Shown one piece after another: positions 34,823 through 46,010 of a DNA stretch of 64,000 nucleotides. A program made the translations under genes and the position numbers. Under the pieces are notes generated by a model that saw only the letters and a list, made by a program, of their open reading frames with translations, made no database searches and was not told where the DNA came from. The stretch covers positions 1,440 to 65,439 of the forward strand of contig CAKOWZ010000002.1 in assembly GCA_934129745.1 (NCBI GenBank). The letters are read 5' to 3'. This DNA is from an uncultured Clostridia bacterium (GTDB lineage: Bacteria > Bacillota > Clostridia > TANB77 > CAG-508). Position 1 is the first letter of the stretch; the number at the start of each line of letters is the position of its first letter.

Positions 34823-35908
34823 GTGAAAAAATTGAAAAAAAAGGTATTGCAAACAATAAAAAAATATAATCTAATAAATGAAAATGACCAAATTGTAATT
34901 GGTGTATCTGGTGGTCCTGATTCTATGTGTTTATTACATTTGTTAAATGATTTGAAAAATGAATTAAAAATAGAAATAGTAGTAGCACATATTAATCATA
35001 TGATTAGAAAACAAGCAGATGAAGAAACTAAATATGTTCAAGATTATTGCAAAAAAATAGGTGTAGATTGTTATATTAAAAAAATTGATGTAATCCAAAA
35101 ATCTAATGAAGAAAAAATTGGAACTGAAGAAGCTGGAAGAAAAGCAAGATATGATTTTTTTGAAGAGGTTTTAAAACAAACATCATCAAATAAAATAGCA
35201 ACAGCACATAATGCAAATGATAATGCTGAAACAGTTTTAATGAATATATTCAGAGGAACTGGAATATCTGGACTTAAAGGAATTGAACCAATAAGAGATG
35301 ATAAATTTATTAGACCTATAATAGAATGTCAAAGAAATGAAATTGAAGAATATTGTGAAATTCATAATTTGCAACCAAAAATAGATCAATCAAACTTTGA
35401 AAATGTTTATACAAGAAATAAAATTAGAAATATTATAATTCCAGAGATTAAAGAAAAATTTAATCCTAATATTGTTGAAGCAATTAATAAATTATCTTTT
35501 TTGGCAAAACAAGAAAATGAATTTGTTCAAAAATATGTAAATGATATTGTTGAAAATGAACTTTTAATTAAAAAAAGTTTTTTTAAAAATAATAATTCTG
35601 GGAAAAATAAAATTAATAGTACAAATAAATCTGATAATATTTCAGAAATTTTGGAAAGAGATAATATAAAAAATTTTAATATGATGAATTTAAAAAAATT
35701 TAATAAATTAGATGAATTTATTAAAAGCCAAGTAATTTTGAATATGATGCAAAGAACAATTGGAAATTTACAAGGAATAGAAAAAATTCATATTGATGAT
35801 ATTATAATTATGTGCTCTAAAAACATAGGGAATAAATATCTTACACCAAATAAAAATATAAAAATATTGGTAAAAGCTGGAGTTGTATACTTTATGAAAA
35901 TTTCTTAG
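34823..35908 (+). CDS. tilS: tRNA(Ile)-lysidine synthetase with an Asn-rich low-complexity insertion
   Basis: PP-loop GVSGGPDSMCLLHLL. GTG start with a GAGG ribosome-binding site. Insert KNNNSGKNKINSTNKSDNIS. Confidence 0.85.
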   Translation: MKKLKKKVLQTIKKYNLINENDQIVIGVSGGPDSMCLLHLLNDLKNELKIEIVVAHINHMIRKQADEETKYVQDYCKKIGVDCYIKKIDVIQKSNEEKIGTEEAGRKARYDFFEEVLKQTSSNKIATAHNANDNAETVLMNIFRGTGISGLKGIEPIRDDKFIRPIIECQRNEIEEYCEIHNLQPKIDQSNFENVYTRNKIRNIIIPEIKEKFNPNIVEAINKLSFLAKQENEFVQKYVNDIVENELLIKKSFFKNNNSGKNKINSTNKSDNISEILERDNIKNFNMMNLKKFNKLDEFIKSQVILNMMQRTIGNLQGIEKIHIDDIIIMCSKNIGNKYLTPNKNIKILVKAGVVYFMKIS

Positions 35909-36189
35909 GGAAATAATGAATTTGGAATATTTAAATGTGAAAAAAACAAAGAAAAATGTGTAAAATAAATTTTTACAAAATAAATAATTAATTGTTACTT
36001 TTTAATTACAAAAAAATATTAGAACCCGTAAATCCGTAGCATCAAATAAAACATGTAGAATTATGTCGTGTGAAAATTTGATGAATTGCTTGAAATACGG
36101 GTAAAATTATGTTATAGTACATGTTGAAGTTTAAAACGAAATTTAAAATAATATTTAAATTAAAGTTGATAAAATAAGGAGGTAACACT

Positions 36190-37989
36190 TTGAAAAATAG
36201 TATAAAAACTTTAGCAATTTGGGGAATAATTGGATTAATATTTGTTGTACTAATTTCAGCAATTCTGGAAAATGGTGATAGAAAACTTTCATATTCAGAA
36301 TTAGTTACAAAAATTGAAAAAAATGAAGTTGAAAGTATTAATATTAATTCATCTGGAGAATCAGCAGAAGTAAAATTGAAAGATGATAATCTTTCTAAAG
36401 AAGTAAATATTCCCAATATGGAAAACTTTATGAATACACTTGAAGAACCTATGAAAAAGGAACAAGTTGTTGTTAAAGAAAAATCTGAGTCATGGTTTAT
36501 GATTTTAATTGGATTATTAACTCCATTTGGATTATTGATAATTTTCTTTATATTCTGGTTTATATTAATGGGAAAAAGCCAAGGTGCTGGTGGAAAAACG
36601 ATGTCTTTTGGAAAAAGTAAGGCAAGAAACATTAATGAAATAGATAAATGTAAGGTAACATTTAATGATGTTGCAGGTGTTGATGAAGAAAAAGAAGAAT
36701 TACAAGAAATTGTTGAATTCTTAAAAAATCCTAAAAAATTTACAGATATGGGAGCAAGAATTCCTAAAGGTGTACTCTTAGTAGGACATCCAGGAACAGG
36801 TAAAACTTTACTTGCAAAAGCAGTTGCTGGTGAAGCAGGAGTTCCTTTCTTTATAATAAGTGGATCTGATTTTGTGGAAATGTTTGTAGGTGTTGGTGCA
36901 TCACGTGTTAGAGATTTATTTGAACAAGCTAAGAAAAATGCTCCTTGTATAATTTTCATAGATGAAATTGATGCTGTAGGTCGCCAAAGAGGTGCAGGTG
37001 TTGGTGGAGGACATGATGAAAGAGAACAAACATTAAACCAATTACTTGTAGAAATGGATGAATTTGCAACAAATGAAGGTGTTATAGTTTTAGCTGCTAC
37101 AAATAGACCAGATATTCTTGATAAAGCATTATTACGTCCAGGTAGATTTGATAGACAAATTGTAGTTTCTGCTCCTGATGTTAAAGCAAGAGAAGAAATT
37201 TTGGAAGTTCATGCTAGAAAGAAAATTTTAGGTGATGATGTTGATTTTAAAACAATTGCTAAAAATACATCAGGATTTTCAGGTGCTGATTTGGAAAATG
37301 TTTTAAATGAAGCTGCATTACTTGCTGCAAGAAGAAATAAATCTGAAATAAATATGCAAGAAATTGAGGATGCTATGGTAAAAGTTACAATGGGCCCTGA
37401 AAAGAAAACAAGAGTTAGAAGTGAAAAAGAAAATAAATTGGTTGCATACCATGAAGCAGGTCATGCTGTTGTTAGCAGATTTTTGCCAACACAAGATGCT
37501 GTTCATCAAATATCAATTGTACCTAGAGGTATGGCTGGTGGATATACTATGTATAGACCAACAGAAGATAAATCATTTATGTCTAAATCTGAAATGTTAG
37601 AACAAATTGTTTCATTATTAGGTGGAAGAGTTGCTGAACAACTTATTTTAAATGATATTTCTACAGGTGCAAGTAATGATATTGAAAGAGCAACACAAAT
37701 AGCTCGTTCTATGGTTACAAAATATGGTATGAGTGATAGAATTGGTGCTATTATGCTTGGTAATAATCAAGAAGAAGTTTTCTTAGGTAGAGATTTTTCT
37801 CAAGGAAAAGGATATTCTGAAGAAACTGCAGGTATTATTGATGAAGAAGTTAAAGCTATTGTTGATAATGCTTACAAAACAGCTGAAAGAATTTTAAGCG
37901 AAAATATTGATAAACTTCATGCTGTTGCAGGAGTTCTTCTTGAGAAAGAGAAAATTGATGGTGAAGAATTTGACAGAATTTTTGCTTAA
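36190..37989 (+). CDS. ftsH: ATP-dependent zinc metalloprotease FtsH
   Basis: Walker A GHPGTGKT. The HEAGH zinc site. TTG start with an AGGAGG ribosome-binding site. Confidence 0.95.
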   Translation: MKNSIKTLAIWGIIGLIFVVLISAILENGDRKLSYSELVTKIEKNEVESININSSGESAEVKLKDDNLSKEVNIPNMENFMNTLEEPMKKEQVVVKEKSESWFMILIGLLTPFGLLIIFFIFWFILMGKSQGAGGKTMSFGKSKARNINEIDKCKVTFNDVAGVDEEKEELQEIVEFLKNPKKFTDMGARIPKGVLLVGHPGTGKTLLAKAVAGEAGVPFFIISGSDFVEMFVGVGASRVRDLFEQAKKNAPCIIFIDEIDAVGRQRGAGVGGGHDEREQTLNQLLVEMDEFATNEGVIVLAATNRPDILDKALLRPGRFDRQIVVSAPDVKAREEILEVHARKKILGDDVDFKTIAKNTSGFSGADLENVLNEAALLAARRNKSEINMQEIEDAMVKVTMGPEKKTRVRSEKENKLVAYHEAGHAVVSRFLPTQDAVHQISIVPRGMAGGYTMYRPTEDKSFMSKSEMLEQIVSLLGGRVAEQLILNDISTGASNDIERATQIARSMVTKYGMSDRIGAIMLGNNQEEVFLGRDFSQGKGYSEETAGIIDEEVKAIVDNAYKTAERILSENIDKLHAVAGVLLEKEKIDGEEFDRIFA

Positions 37990-38052
37990 AAAATGATTAA
38001 CAAAAATTCATTATAAATTTGATATAAATAAAAAATAACAGGAGGTAATCTT

Positions 38053-38595
38053 ATGCCAGATTTAAAAGGTACAAAAACAGAAAAAAATTTAATGGAGGCT
38101 TTTGCAGGTGAGTCACAAGCTAGAAATAAATATACTTATTATGCAAGTAAAGCTAAAAAAGAGGGATATGAACAAATTGCTGCAATTTTCCAAGAAACAG
38201 CTGATAATGAAAAAGAACATGCTAAAATATGGTTTAAATTATTACATGATGGTGATATTCCAACAACAACAGATAATTTAAATGATGCAGCTTTTGGTGA
38301 AAATTGTGAATGGACAGATATGTATGATAGAATGGCTGCAGAAGCTAAAGAAGAAGGGTTTGATCATATTGCTTATTTATTTGAAGCTGTTGGACAAATT
38401 GAAAAAGAGCATGAAGCTAGATATAAAAAATTATTGGAAAATATTGAAGGTGGATTAGTTTTCAGTAAAGATGGTGATGCAATTTGGAAATGCAGAAATT
38501 GTGGTCATATTGTTATTGGAAAACAAGCTCCAGAAGTATGTCCTGTATGTAATCATCCTAGATCATATTTTGAAATAAAAGCTGAAAATTATTAA
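38053..38595 (+). CDS. rbr: rubrerythrin (ferritin-like diiron domain plus C-terminal rubredoxin-like CxxC...CxxC)
   Basis: EAFAGESQARNKYTYYA, EKEHAKIW, CRNCGH...CPVCNHP. Confidence 0.9.
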   Translation: MPDLKGTKTEKNLMEAFAGESQARNKYTYYASKAKKEGYEQIAAIFQETADNEKEHAKIWFKLLHDGDIPTTTDNLNDAAFGENCEWTDMYDRMAAEAKEEGFDHIAYLFEAVGQIEKEHEARYKKLLENIEGGLVFSKDGDAIWKCRNCGHIVIGKQAPEVCPVCNHPRSYFEIKAENY

Positions 38596-38999
38596 TATGT
38601 GTTTTTTTACAGAAAAAATGATGTAATTGAATTATGAAAAAAAGATTTGTAAGATTCAGTAATATATTAATTTTATAATAAAATAGTTTAATAATTCTAA
38701 GTTCAAATATAATTGAGCTTGGAATTATTTTTTTATAAATCGTGTTATAATTAAAAAATCAATAATATAAGCATTTTTAGTACAAAATAGACACAAAATG
38801 CAAAAAAAATTACCTTTTAAAGGGAATAATGTTGCTTTATTCCAGAATATGTGATATAATTATAAAGTACTTAAAAAAGTATTTTAAACAAAAGATAAAA
38901 CAGAAAGAGAAACATACAAATTTTATGTATGTTTTAATTTGTGTTTAATACAATTTAAAAGTATTACAAAAGTTTATAAAAATAGGAGGATGTATAATA

Positions 39000-41900
39000 A
39001 TGTTTAAATTTAAAATGTCTTTATTAGTAAAAAGTGCGAAATTTAAGGTCGCAATTGTAACTTTATTAATTGTAGCAATATTATCAGGTATAGTATTTAT
39101 ACCAAAAAATAAAGCAAGTGAAAAATCATCTATCGTTAATATTAAAGCAAATAAATTAGGAGTTACAATAGGAGGATTAGATTTATTTTTAATCCAAAAA
39201 GATGGAGAAGCAACAGGTTATAACAATTTATTTTGTATAGAAGAAGGAGAAGATTTAGTATATAAAACATTTGAAAGTAGTCAAATAGTTGATATTTCAA
39301 ATGCTCAAGGATACTTTAATCATTATAATGCGGCAAGATGGTTAATAAATAACATGTATGTTTCAAATGCAAAAGGAACAAATGGATTAGATGATGATAA
39401 AGGTAAAAATATTTTACTTACAAATATGGCAACTTTAATAACTTCTGATTCTGTAAAAAATAGTGTAATGAAAAATTATGGATTTGATGGATCAAATATT
39501 ACACCACAAACTATACTTGCATTAAGAGATTTAACTATTGGTGGTCAATATCAAGAAAATGCAATTGAAGCGGTTGAACAAATTGCATTATGGAAATATA
39601 CAAAAGGTGTTGATAGAACAAGATCTGACACATATAGAATGAATCCAAATCAATTTTTAGAAGGTGCAAATATTACAGCTGATCAACAAAGAACTTTAAA
39701 ATATATTTTCTATGGTTTATCAGCATTAGCAGATATAAAAGACAATACTACATTTGGATCAACAATTCAAAATTATGTAACACTTGATTCAAGTGCAGCT
39801 AAATTTAATGAAAGTACATATAAAGTTGGACCATATTATTTAAAATCAAATGATGTAACATTAACTTCTTATGGTTATGTTGAATTCCCATTAGAAGTAA
39901 CAATCACAAAAAATGATGGTTCAAAAGAAACAAAAATAAATGACTTAATGGAAAAAAATCTTGATGGAAGCTTTTTCATAAATTTAAGTGCATATAAAGA
40001 TAATGTTAAAAGAGTTGATTTTAAATTTGATAATGTTCTTTCAACAGTAAATACAGAAGCTTATATTTTAGATGGTGGAGAACAACAAAATTTAATGGGA
40101 ATTGAAAAATCAATTTCAAAAACAAATTTAGCTGATGGAAAAGATATTAAAGTAACACCACCAACACCTGTAACACCAGAAGGAAATTATAGTGTTGTTT
40201 TGAAAAAAGTTAAAGAAGATGGAACTACAGTTATTACAGATTTACCAGCAAAATTCAAAGTTAATGGTAAAGAACAAAATACTGAAAATGGTATTTTAAA
40301 TATTACTAATTCTAAAAAAATTGAAAATGTAAATGCAACAGATTCTTATGAAATAACTGAAACAGAAGCTCCAAATGGTTATGCATTATTTAATGGAACT
40401 TTAAAATTTGATGTAAAATTCAAACAAGTTGATAAAACTTATGTAATTGATAGAGATAAAACTACTTCAAGTGGATTTACAAATGGTGCAAAAATCGATA
40501 TTAATGAAAATAATACTGTAATCACAATTACAGTACCAAACAAACAAAAAACTTTTGATTTAAGCTTACGTAAATTTATTTCAAAAGTTGATGGAAAAGA
40601 TGTAACACCAAGTAGAGAACCTGTAATAAATGTACAATCAATAATCAATTTACAACAAACAGGTACAGCTTCATATTATCATGTAAAAGATAGCATTGGA
40701 GTAAATGTTGGTTCAGAAATAGAGTATACTTTAAGAGTTTATAATGAAGGTGAAATTTTAGGGTATGCAAAAGAAATTACAGATTATTTACCAGAAGGAT
40801 TATCTTTTGTAAAAATTGCTGATGAAAGTCAAAAACTATATACAACAGATTCTGCAGCTGGAAGTAAGGTAGTTGTTCTTAAATATAAAGGAAATACAAA
40901 TATTAAAACTTTAAGAGATTTTTATAATTTAGTAACTTATAAAAAAGCTGATGAAAAAGTAGATGTAACAAATGAATATTATCAACAAGTAAAAATCATT
41001 TGCAAAGTTGAAAATTCAAGTGCTCAATATATTACAAGCCGTGGAGAAATTACAAACTATGGTTATGAAGGTAAAAATGCACAAGGTGAATCAGTATGGA
41101 AAGATGCTAAAGAAATTGGAAATGTGGATAGAGATTCTATTCAAAATACAATAAAAGATAACTTAAGTTTAGATACATGGTATGAAAATGCTAAAGAAAG
41201 AACATATAAAGATAAAGATGGTAAAACAGTAACAGATAAAAATTATTATCCAGGTGTTCAAGATGATGATGATTTTGAAACTGTTGAAGTGTTATCAGGA
41301 AAATATAATATTATAATTAGAAAAGTTGATTCTAAAAACAAAGATTTAAAATTAGAGGGAGCATATTTCTCTGTAAAAGGAACAAACATTGATACTGAAG
41401 TTGGACCAACAAATAGTGATGGTTTAGTTTCTGTAGTAAAAGGTGTTAAAATTTTAAATGAAAAACAAGTTGATGAATATACTATTAAAGAAACAACTGC
41501 ACCAGTTAATTACAATCCATATAGTGGTGAAATTAAAGTTAATGTAGCTACAAAATTCAATGGAACAACATATGTAATTGATTCAGAAAAAACAAAAGTT
41601 AATGGAAAAGACGTTACTTTTGAAGTTAATAAAGATAATACAACAATTACAATTAATGTTCCAAATACAAAGAAAACTTTTGATTTAAGCTTACGTAAAT
41701 TTATAACAAAAGTTAATGGAAAAGAATTATCAGAATCAAGAGAACCAAAAGTTGATGTTTCTAAATTAGCTAGTGGTGAATCTACAACAGCAACTTATGA
41801 ACATTCAAAAGAACCTGTAGATGTAAATACAACAGATGTTGTAACATATACAATTCGTGTATTTAATGAAGGTGAAATTGATGGTTATGCAACAAAAATT

Positions 41901-42965
41901 ATGGATGATATTCCAGAGGGATTAGAATTCTTACCAGAAAATGAAACTAACAAAAAATATAAATGGGTAATGTATACTGAAGTTAAATCAGAAGATAATG
42001 TTAATAAATCAGAAGTATTAAATTATAATGGTAAATCTTATGTAAAAACAAATAAACCAAGTGAAGCTGATTTCATAGTTTCTGATTATTTATCATTAGA
42101 AAATGGAAAAGAAAATTTAATTAAAGCATTTAATGCTGAAACAAAAACATTAGATTATAAAGATGTTGAAGTTGCATTTAAAGTTATTGAACCACAAACA
42201 TCTGATAGAATTGTAATAAACCATGCACAAATTACAGAACATGGTGATTCAAATGGAACACCAGATATTACAGATAGAGATTCAACTCCAAATAAATGGA
42301 ATGATGGAGAAGATGATCAAGATATTGATAAAGTAAGAGTTAGATATTTTGATTTAGCTTTAAGAAAATGGGTAACTAAAGCAATTGTTACTGAAAATGG
42401 AAAAACAACAGTTACAAAAACAGGTCATGGACCATGGGATGATCCAGAACCAGTTGTAAAAGTTGATTTGAAAAATACAGATATTAATAATGTAGTAGTT
42501 AAATTTGAATATTCAATTCGTGTATATAACCAAGGTCAAATTGCTGGATATGCTAAAGAGGTTTCAGATTATATTCCACAAGGATTAAAATTTATTGCTC
42601 AAGATAATCCACAATGGACTGAAGTTGATGGTAAAATAGTTACTACAGCATTAGAAAATACATTATTACAACCAGGTGATTATGCAGATGTAACAGTAGT
42701 ATTAACTTGGATTAATGGTTCAGATAATTTAGGATTAAAAACTAATACAGCTGAAATCAGTAAAGATCATAATGATTGGGGAACACCAGATATAGATTCT
42801 ACACCAAACAATCAAGTTCCAGGTGAAGATGATATTGATGATGCACCAGTAATCTTAACAGTAAGAACAGGTGAACCTATCATATACACAGGTATTGCTA
42901 TTGGAGCTATTGCAATAATTTCTTTAGGAATAGTTATAATAAGAAAAAAAGTTTTAGCTAAATAA
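39000..42965 (+). CDS. large cell-surface protein with signal peptide, three DUF11-like conserved repeat domains and a C-terminal VRTG motif plus TM plus basic tail
   Basis: Signal peptide MFKFKMSLLVKSAKFKVAIVTLLIVAILSGIV. Repeats TFDLSLRKFI(S/T)KV(D/N)GK...YT(L/I)RV(Y/F)NEGEI.GYA and YFDLALRKWVTKA...YSIRVYNQGQIAGYA. C-terminus PVILTVRTGEPIIYTGIAIGAIAIISLGIVIIRKKVLAK. AGGAGG ribosome-binding site. Confidence 0.75.
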   Translation: MFKFKMSLLVKSAKFKVAIVTLLIVAILSGIVFIPKNKASEKSSIVNIKANKLGVTIGGLDLFLIQKDGEATGYNNLFCIEEGEDLVYKTFESSQIVDISNAQGYFNHYNAARWLINNMYVSNAKGTNGLDDDKGKNILLTNMATLITSDSVKNSVMKNYGFDGSNITPQTILALRDLTIGGQYQENAIEAVEQIALWKYTKGVDRTRSDTYRMNPNQFLEGANITADQQRTLKYIFYGLSALADIKDNTTFGSTIQNYVTLDSSAAKFNESTYKVGPYYLKSNDVTLTSYGYVEFPLEVTITKNDGSKETKINDLMEKNLDGSFFINLSAYKDNVKRVDFKFDNVLSTVNTEAYILDGGEQQNLMGIEKSISKTNLADGKDIKVTPPTPVTPEGNYSVVLKKVKEDGTTVITDLPAKFKVNGKEQNTENGILNITNSKKIENVNATDSYEITETEAPNGYALFNGTLKFDVKFKQVDKTYVIDRDKTTSSGFTNGAKIDINENNTVITITVPNKQKTFDLSLRKFISKVDGKDVTPSREPVINVQSIINLQQTGTASYYHVKDSIGVNVGSEIEYTLRVYNEGEILGYAKEITDYLPEGLSFVKIADESQKLYTTDSAAGSKVVVLKYKGNTNIKTLRDFYNLVTYKKADEKVDVTNEYYQQVKIICKVENSSAQYITSRGEITNYGYEGKNAQGESVWKDAKEIGNVDRDSIQNTIKDNLSLDTWYENAKERTYKDKDGKTVTDKNYYPGVQDDDDFETVEVLSGKYNIIIRKVDSKNKDLKLEGAYFSVKGTNIDTEVGPTNSDGLVSVVKGVKILNEKQVDEYTIKETTAPVNYNPYSGEIKVNVATKFNGTTYVIDSEKTKVNGKDVTFEVNKDNTTITINVPNTKKTFDLSLRKFITKVNGKELSESREPKVDVSKLASGESTTATYEHSKEPVDVNTTDVVTYTIRVFNEGEIDGYATKIMDDIPEGLEFLPENETNKKYKWVMYTEVKSEDNVNKSEVLNYNGKSYVKTNKPSEADFIVSDYLSLENGKENLIKAFNAETKTLDYKDVEVAFKVIEPQTSDRIVINHAQITEHGDSNGTPDITDRDSTPNKWNDGEDDQDIDKVRVRYFDLALRKWVTKAIVTENGKTTVTKTGHGPWDDPEPVVKVDLKNTDINNVVVKFEYSIRVYNQGQIAGYAKEVSDYIPQGLKFIAQDNPQWTEVDGKIVTTALENTLLQPGDYADVTVVLTWINGSDNLGLKTNTAEISKDHNDWGTPDIDSTPNNQVPGEDDIDDAPVILTVRTGEPIIYTGIAIGAIAIISLGIVIIRKKVLAK

Positions 42966-42983
42966 AGATATTTTATAATATTT

Positions 42984-43022
42984 TCATGCAAGTGATTTTA
43001 ATTGCTTGCATGAATTTTTTTT
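42984..43022 (+). terminator. rho-independent terminator
   Basis: Hairpin catgcaag-tgattttaatt-gcttgcatg followed by aattttttttg. Confidence 0.75.
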
Positions 43023-43091
43023 GAATTGCTTGAAAATTATTTGAAATAATAGTAAAATATATCTATATAAAAAAAGAAAAGGATGGTCAGA

Positions 43092-45248
43092 ATGGAAAAA
43101 ATTGTTCAAATAATTGCTGATGAATTAGGAGTTAAATACAAACAAGTAGAAAGTACTGTAAAATTAATTGATGAAGGAAATACAATTCCATTTATCGCAC
43201 GTTATAGAAAAGAAGTTACAGGTGGTTTAAGTGATGAACAATTACGTGATTTAGGTGAAAGACTTGCTTATTTACGTAATTTAGAGGAAAGGAAAGAAGA
43301 AGTAAAAAATTCAATTGAGGAACAAGGTAAATTAACTGATGAAATTGTTATAGCTTTACAAAATGCTAAAATTCTTGCTGAAGTTGAAGATATTTATAGA
43401 CCATATAAACAAAAGAAAAGAACAAGAGCTACAATAGCTAAAGAAAAGGGATTAGAGCCTTTAGCTGAAATTATTATTGAGCAAAAAGAAACAAAAAATA
43501 TTAATGAAATTGCAAAAGATTTTGTTGATTCTGAAAAAGGTGTTGAATCAGTAGATGACGCAATTTCAGGTGCTATGGATATAATTGCAGAAAATATTTC
43601 TGATAATGCAAATTATAGAAAAGAAATTAAGAAATTATGTTATAGAGATGGGTTAATTGTTACAAAAGGAGATCCAGAGGTTAAGTCAAGTTATGAAATG
43701 TATTATGATTTTTCTGAAAAGGTTAGTAAGATTCCAAGTCACAGAATTTTAGCAATTAACAGAGGTGAAAAAGAAAACTTTTTAAAAGTTAAAATTGAGA
43801 AACCAGAGGACTTAATTATAGGTTTTATGGAAAAAGATATTATTAAATTAAATCCAAATAACCAATTTGTTGATATATTAAAAAATACAATACAAGATAG
43901 TTTCAAAAGACTTATTGAGCCTTCAATTGAAAGAGAAATTCGTTCAGATTTGACAGAAAAAGCTGATGAAAAAGCGATTAAGGTTTTTGGACAAAATGCA
44001 AAACAATTGTTATTAGGTGCTCCACTTAAAGGATTAACTGTTATGGGATTTGATCCTGCATATAGAACAGGTTGTAAAATTGCTGTAATTGATGAAACAG
44101 GTAAATTGCTAGCAACAACAACTGTATATCCAACTGAACCACAAAATGATGTGATTGGGGCAAAAAAAGAGCTTACAAACTTAATAAATAAATTTAATAT
44201 AAACATGATTGCTATTGGAAATGGAACTGCATCACGTGAATCTGAAACTTTTGTTGCTGGATTAATTTCTGAATTAGGAAAAAGTGATTTATATTATGCA
44301 ATTGTAAGTGAAGCAGGAGCATCTGTTTACTCAGCATCAAAGCTTGCAACAGAGGAATATCCAGATATAAATGTTTCATTAAGAGGTGCGATTTCAATTG
44401 CTAGAAGACTTCAAGATCCTTTGGCAGAACTTGTAAAAATTGATCCAAAAGCAATAGGTGTAGGACAATATCAACATGATGTAAATCAAAAAAAATTAAC
44501 AGAAAGTCTTACAGGTGTTGTAGAAGATGCTGTTAATAAAGTTGGTGTTGATGTAAATACTGCAACTCCTTCATTATTATCATATGTTTCAGGGATTAAT
44601 AAAACTATTGCAAATAATATTGTTAAATATAGAGATGAAAATGGTAAATTAAAAGAACGTAAAGAACTTTTAAAAGTTCCAAAATTGGGAAAAGTAGCAT
44701 TTGAGCAATGTGCAGGTTTTATTCGTATTTTTGATGGAAAAAATCCTCTAGAAGTAACTGCAGTTCACCCTGAAAGTTATGATGTTGCAGAAAAATTATT
44801 GCAAAAAGTAGGATATGAGAAATCAGATTTAGCAGATAAAGAAAAATTAAATCAAATAAAAGCACATTTAAGTGCATTAAATGTGGATAATGTTGCTAAA
44901 GAATTGGATGTTGGAGTATTAACATTAAAAGATATTATAGATGAACTTTCAAAACCGGGAAGAGATCCAAGAGATGAAATGCCAAAACCTGTTTTAAGAA
45001 GTGATGTTCTTAAATTTGAGGATTTAAAAGAAGGTATGATTTTAGCGGGGACAGTTAGAAATGTAATAGATTTTGGGGCTTTTGTAGATATAGGGGTAAA
45101 ACATGATGGATTAGTACATATTTCTGAGTTAAGTGAAAAATTTGTGAAAAATCCATCAGATGTTGTTGCTGTTGGTGATATTGTTAAAGTTAAAGTAATT
45201 AAAATTGATTCTGAAAGACAAAAAGTTGGATTAAGTATGAAAATTTAA
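43092..45248 (+). CDS. tex: Tex-like transcription accessory protein (YqgF/HhH/S1 domains)
   Basis: N-terminal ...TIPFIARYRKE, C-terminal S1 domain GTVRNVIDFGAFVDIG. Start set at the ATG at 43092, which has GGA(T)GG upstream. The track's 43083 start is also possible. Confidence 0.9.
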   Translation: MEKIVQIIADELGVKYKQVESTVKLIDEGNTIPFIARYRKEVTGGLSDEQLRDLGERLAYLRNLEERKEEVKNSIEEQGKLTDEIVIALQNAKILAEVEDIYRPYKQKKRTRATIAKEKGLEPLAEIIIEQKETKNINEIAKDFVDSEKGVESVDDAISGAMDIIAENISDNANYRKEIKKLCYRDGLIVTKGDPEVKSSYEMYYDFSEKVSKIPSHRILAINRGEKENFLKVKIEKPEDLIIGFMEKDIIKLNPNNQFVDILKNTIQDSFKRLIEPSIEREIRSDLTEKADEKAIKVFGQNAKQLLLGAPLKGLTVMGFDPAYRTGCKIAVIDETGKLLATTTVYPTEPQNDVIGAKKELTNLINKFNINMIAIGNGTASRESETFVAGLISELGKSDLYYAIVSEAGASVYSASKLATEEYPDINVSLRGAISIARRLQDPLAELVKIDPKAIGVGQYQHDVNQKKLTESLTGVVEDAVNKVGVDVNTATPSLLSYVSGINKTIANNIVKYRDENGKLKERKELLKVPKLGKVAFEQCAGFIRIFDGKNPLEVTAVHPESYDVAEKLLQKVGYEKSDLADKEKLNQIKAHLSALNVDNVAKELDVGVLTLKDIIDELSKPGRDPRDEMPKPVLRSDVLKFEDLKEGMILAGTVRNVIDFGAFVDIGVKHDGLVHISELSEKFVKNPSDVVAVGDIVKVKVIKIDSERQKVGLSMKI

Positions 45249-45410
45249 GTTTGATGTTTGATTTGGGATTTGGGATTTATGATTTATGTTTTACAATTGA
45301 TGATTGATAGTTGATGGCTTGCAATTGACGGTTGATAGTTGATGGTTTGTGATTGATGATTTATAATTGATGATTTTGTGGTGTTATTTCATAAAGTGTA
45401 AAACATAAAT
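45249..45410. repeat. degenerate TTGAT(G/A) repeat block with an imperfect roughly 28-bp duplication (ttgatagttgatgg...), bracketed by 9-bp inverted repeats atgttttac/gtaaaacat
   Basis: Read directly in the 760-bp noncoding region between tex and comM. Confidence 0.6.
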
Positions 45411-46010
45411 TTTATCATTTTTGGTAGATATAATTTGAAAACTTTAGTTGATTATTCCATATCTGATCAGATTATTAAATTGATTAATATATAGTAAATT
45501 ATTTTTTATATGTGTTTCTTGCTATATGAAATGAAAGATATAGCAGGAAGCACATTTTTATTATATTTTGGTAACATTTAGTTTAAATGTTGTATGGTTT
45601 CTGTGTTGATATAATATAGATGTTTTTTTAAATTTAATAATTATAGATGCATGATTTTGAAGTTTATGAATTGTTGATGTGTAGTCAGGTTTTATAAATG
45701 TATATAAAAATTAAATTAAGTTTGATGTAAAATATAATAAAATTGAAAAATATAATTCGTGTCGAATTATGTCGTTATTTTGTATACGAAAGTTGTTGAT
45801 TTTCTGGGAAAAGTATGGTTTAATATTATTAGAAAATTTGTTTTTAAAAAATTAAAATCAAGTAAATTTATTCAAGTGAATTTGTTCTAAAAAATTCAGT
45901 AATTAATGTTTATAGATTCATTAAAATCTAAAAAATCTAAATTCATAAAAGGGAGAAATATATTTTGTAAAAATATATTAAATTTGTGTATGTTATCAAT
46001 AGTAAAAAGT

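Noticed and set aside
36042-36959. 305-aa minus-strand ORF overlapping tilS-ftsH spacer and ftsH
   Set aside because: It is antisense to the highly conserved ftsH, has no RBS, and shows Ser/Phe/Ile-rich composition typical of an antisense frame in AT-rich DNA. The same reasoning applies to the other track ORFs lying antisense within annotated genes: 885..1091, 4176..4364, 4462..4647, 5971..6153, 9269..9556, 9872..10294, 10298..10510, 10810..11127, 11367..11582, 11483..11668, 13778..14098, 16257..16520, 17585..17791, 19542..19748, 20332..20565, 20843..21109, 24769..25101, 25168..25491, 25899..26084, 26077..26304, 26712..26948, 28404..28646, 30515..30793, 37318..37509, 40439..40648, 43739..44206, 44212..44397, 47619..48029, 49772..50002, 50867..51277, 53639..53944, 56341..56529, 58317..58505, 60353..60553, 63073..63273.
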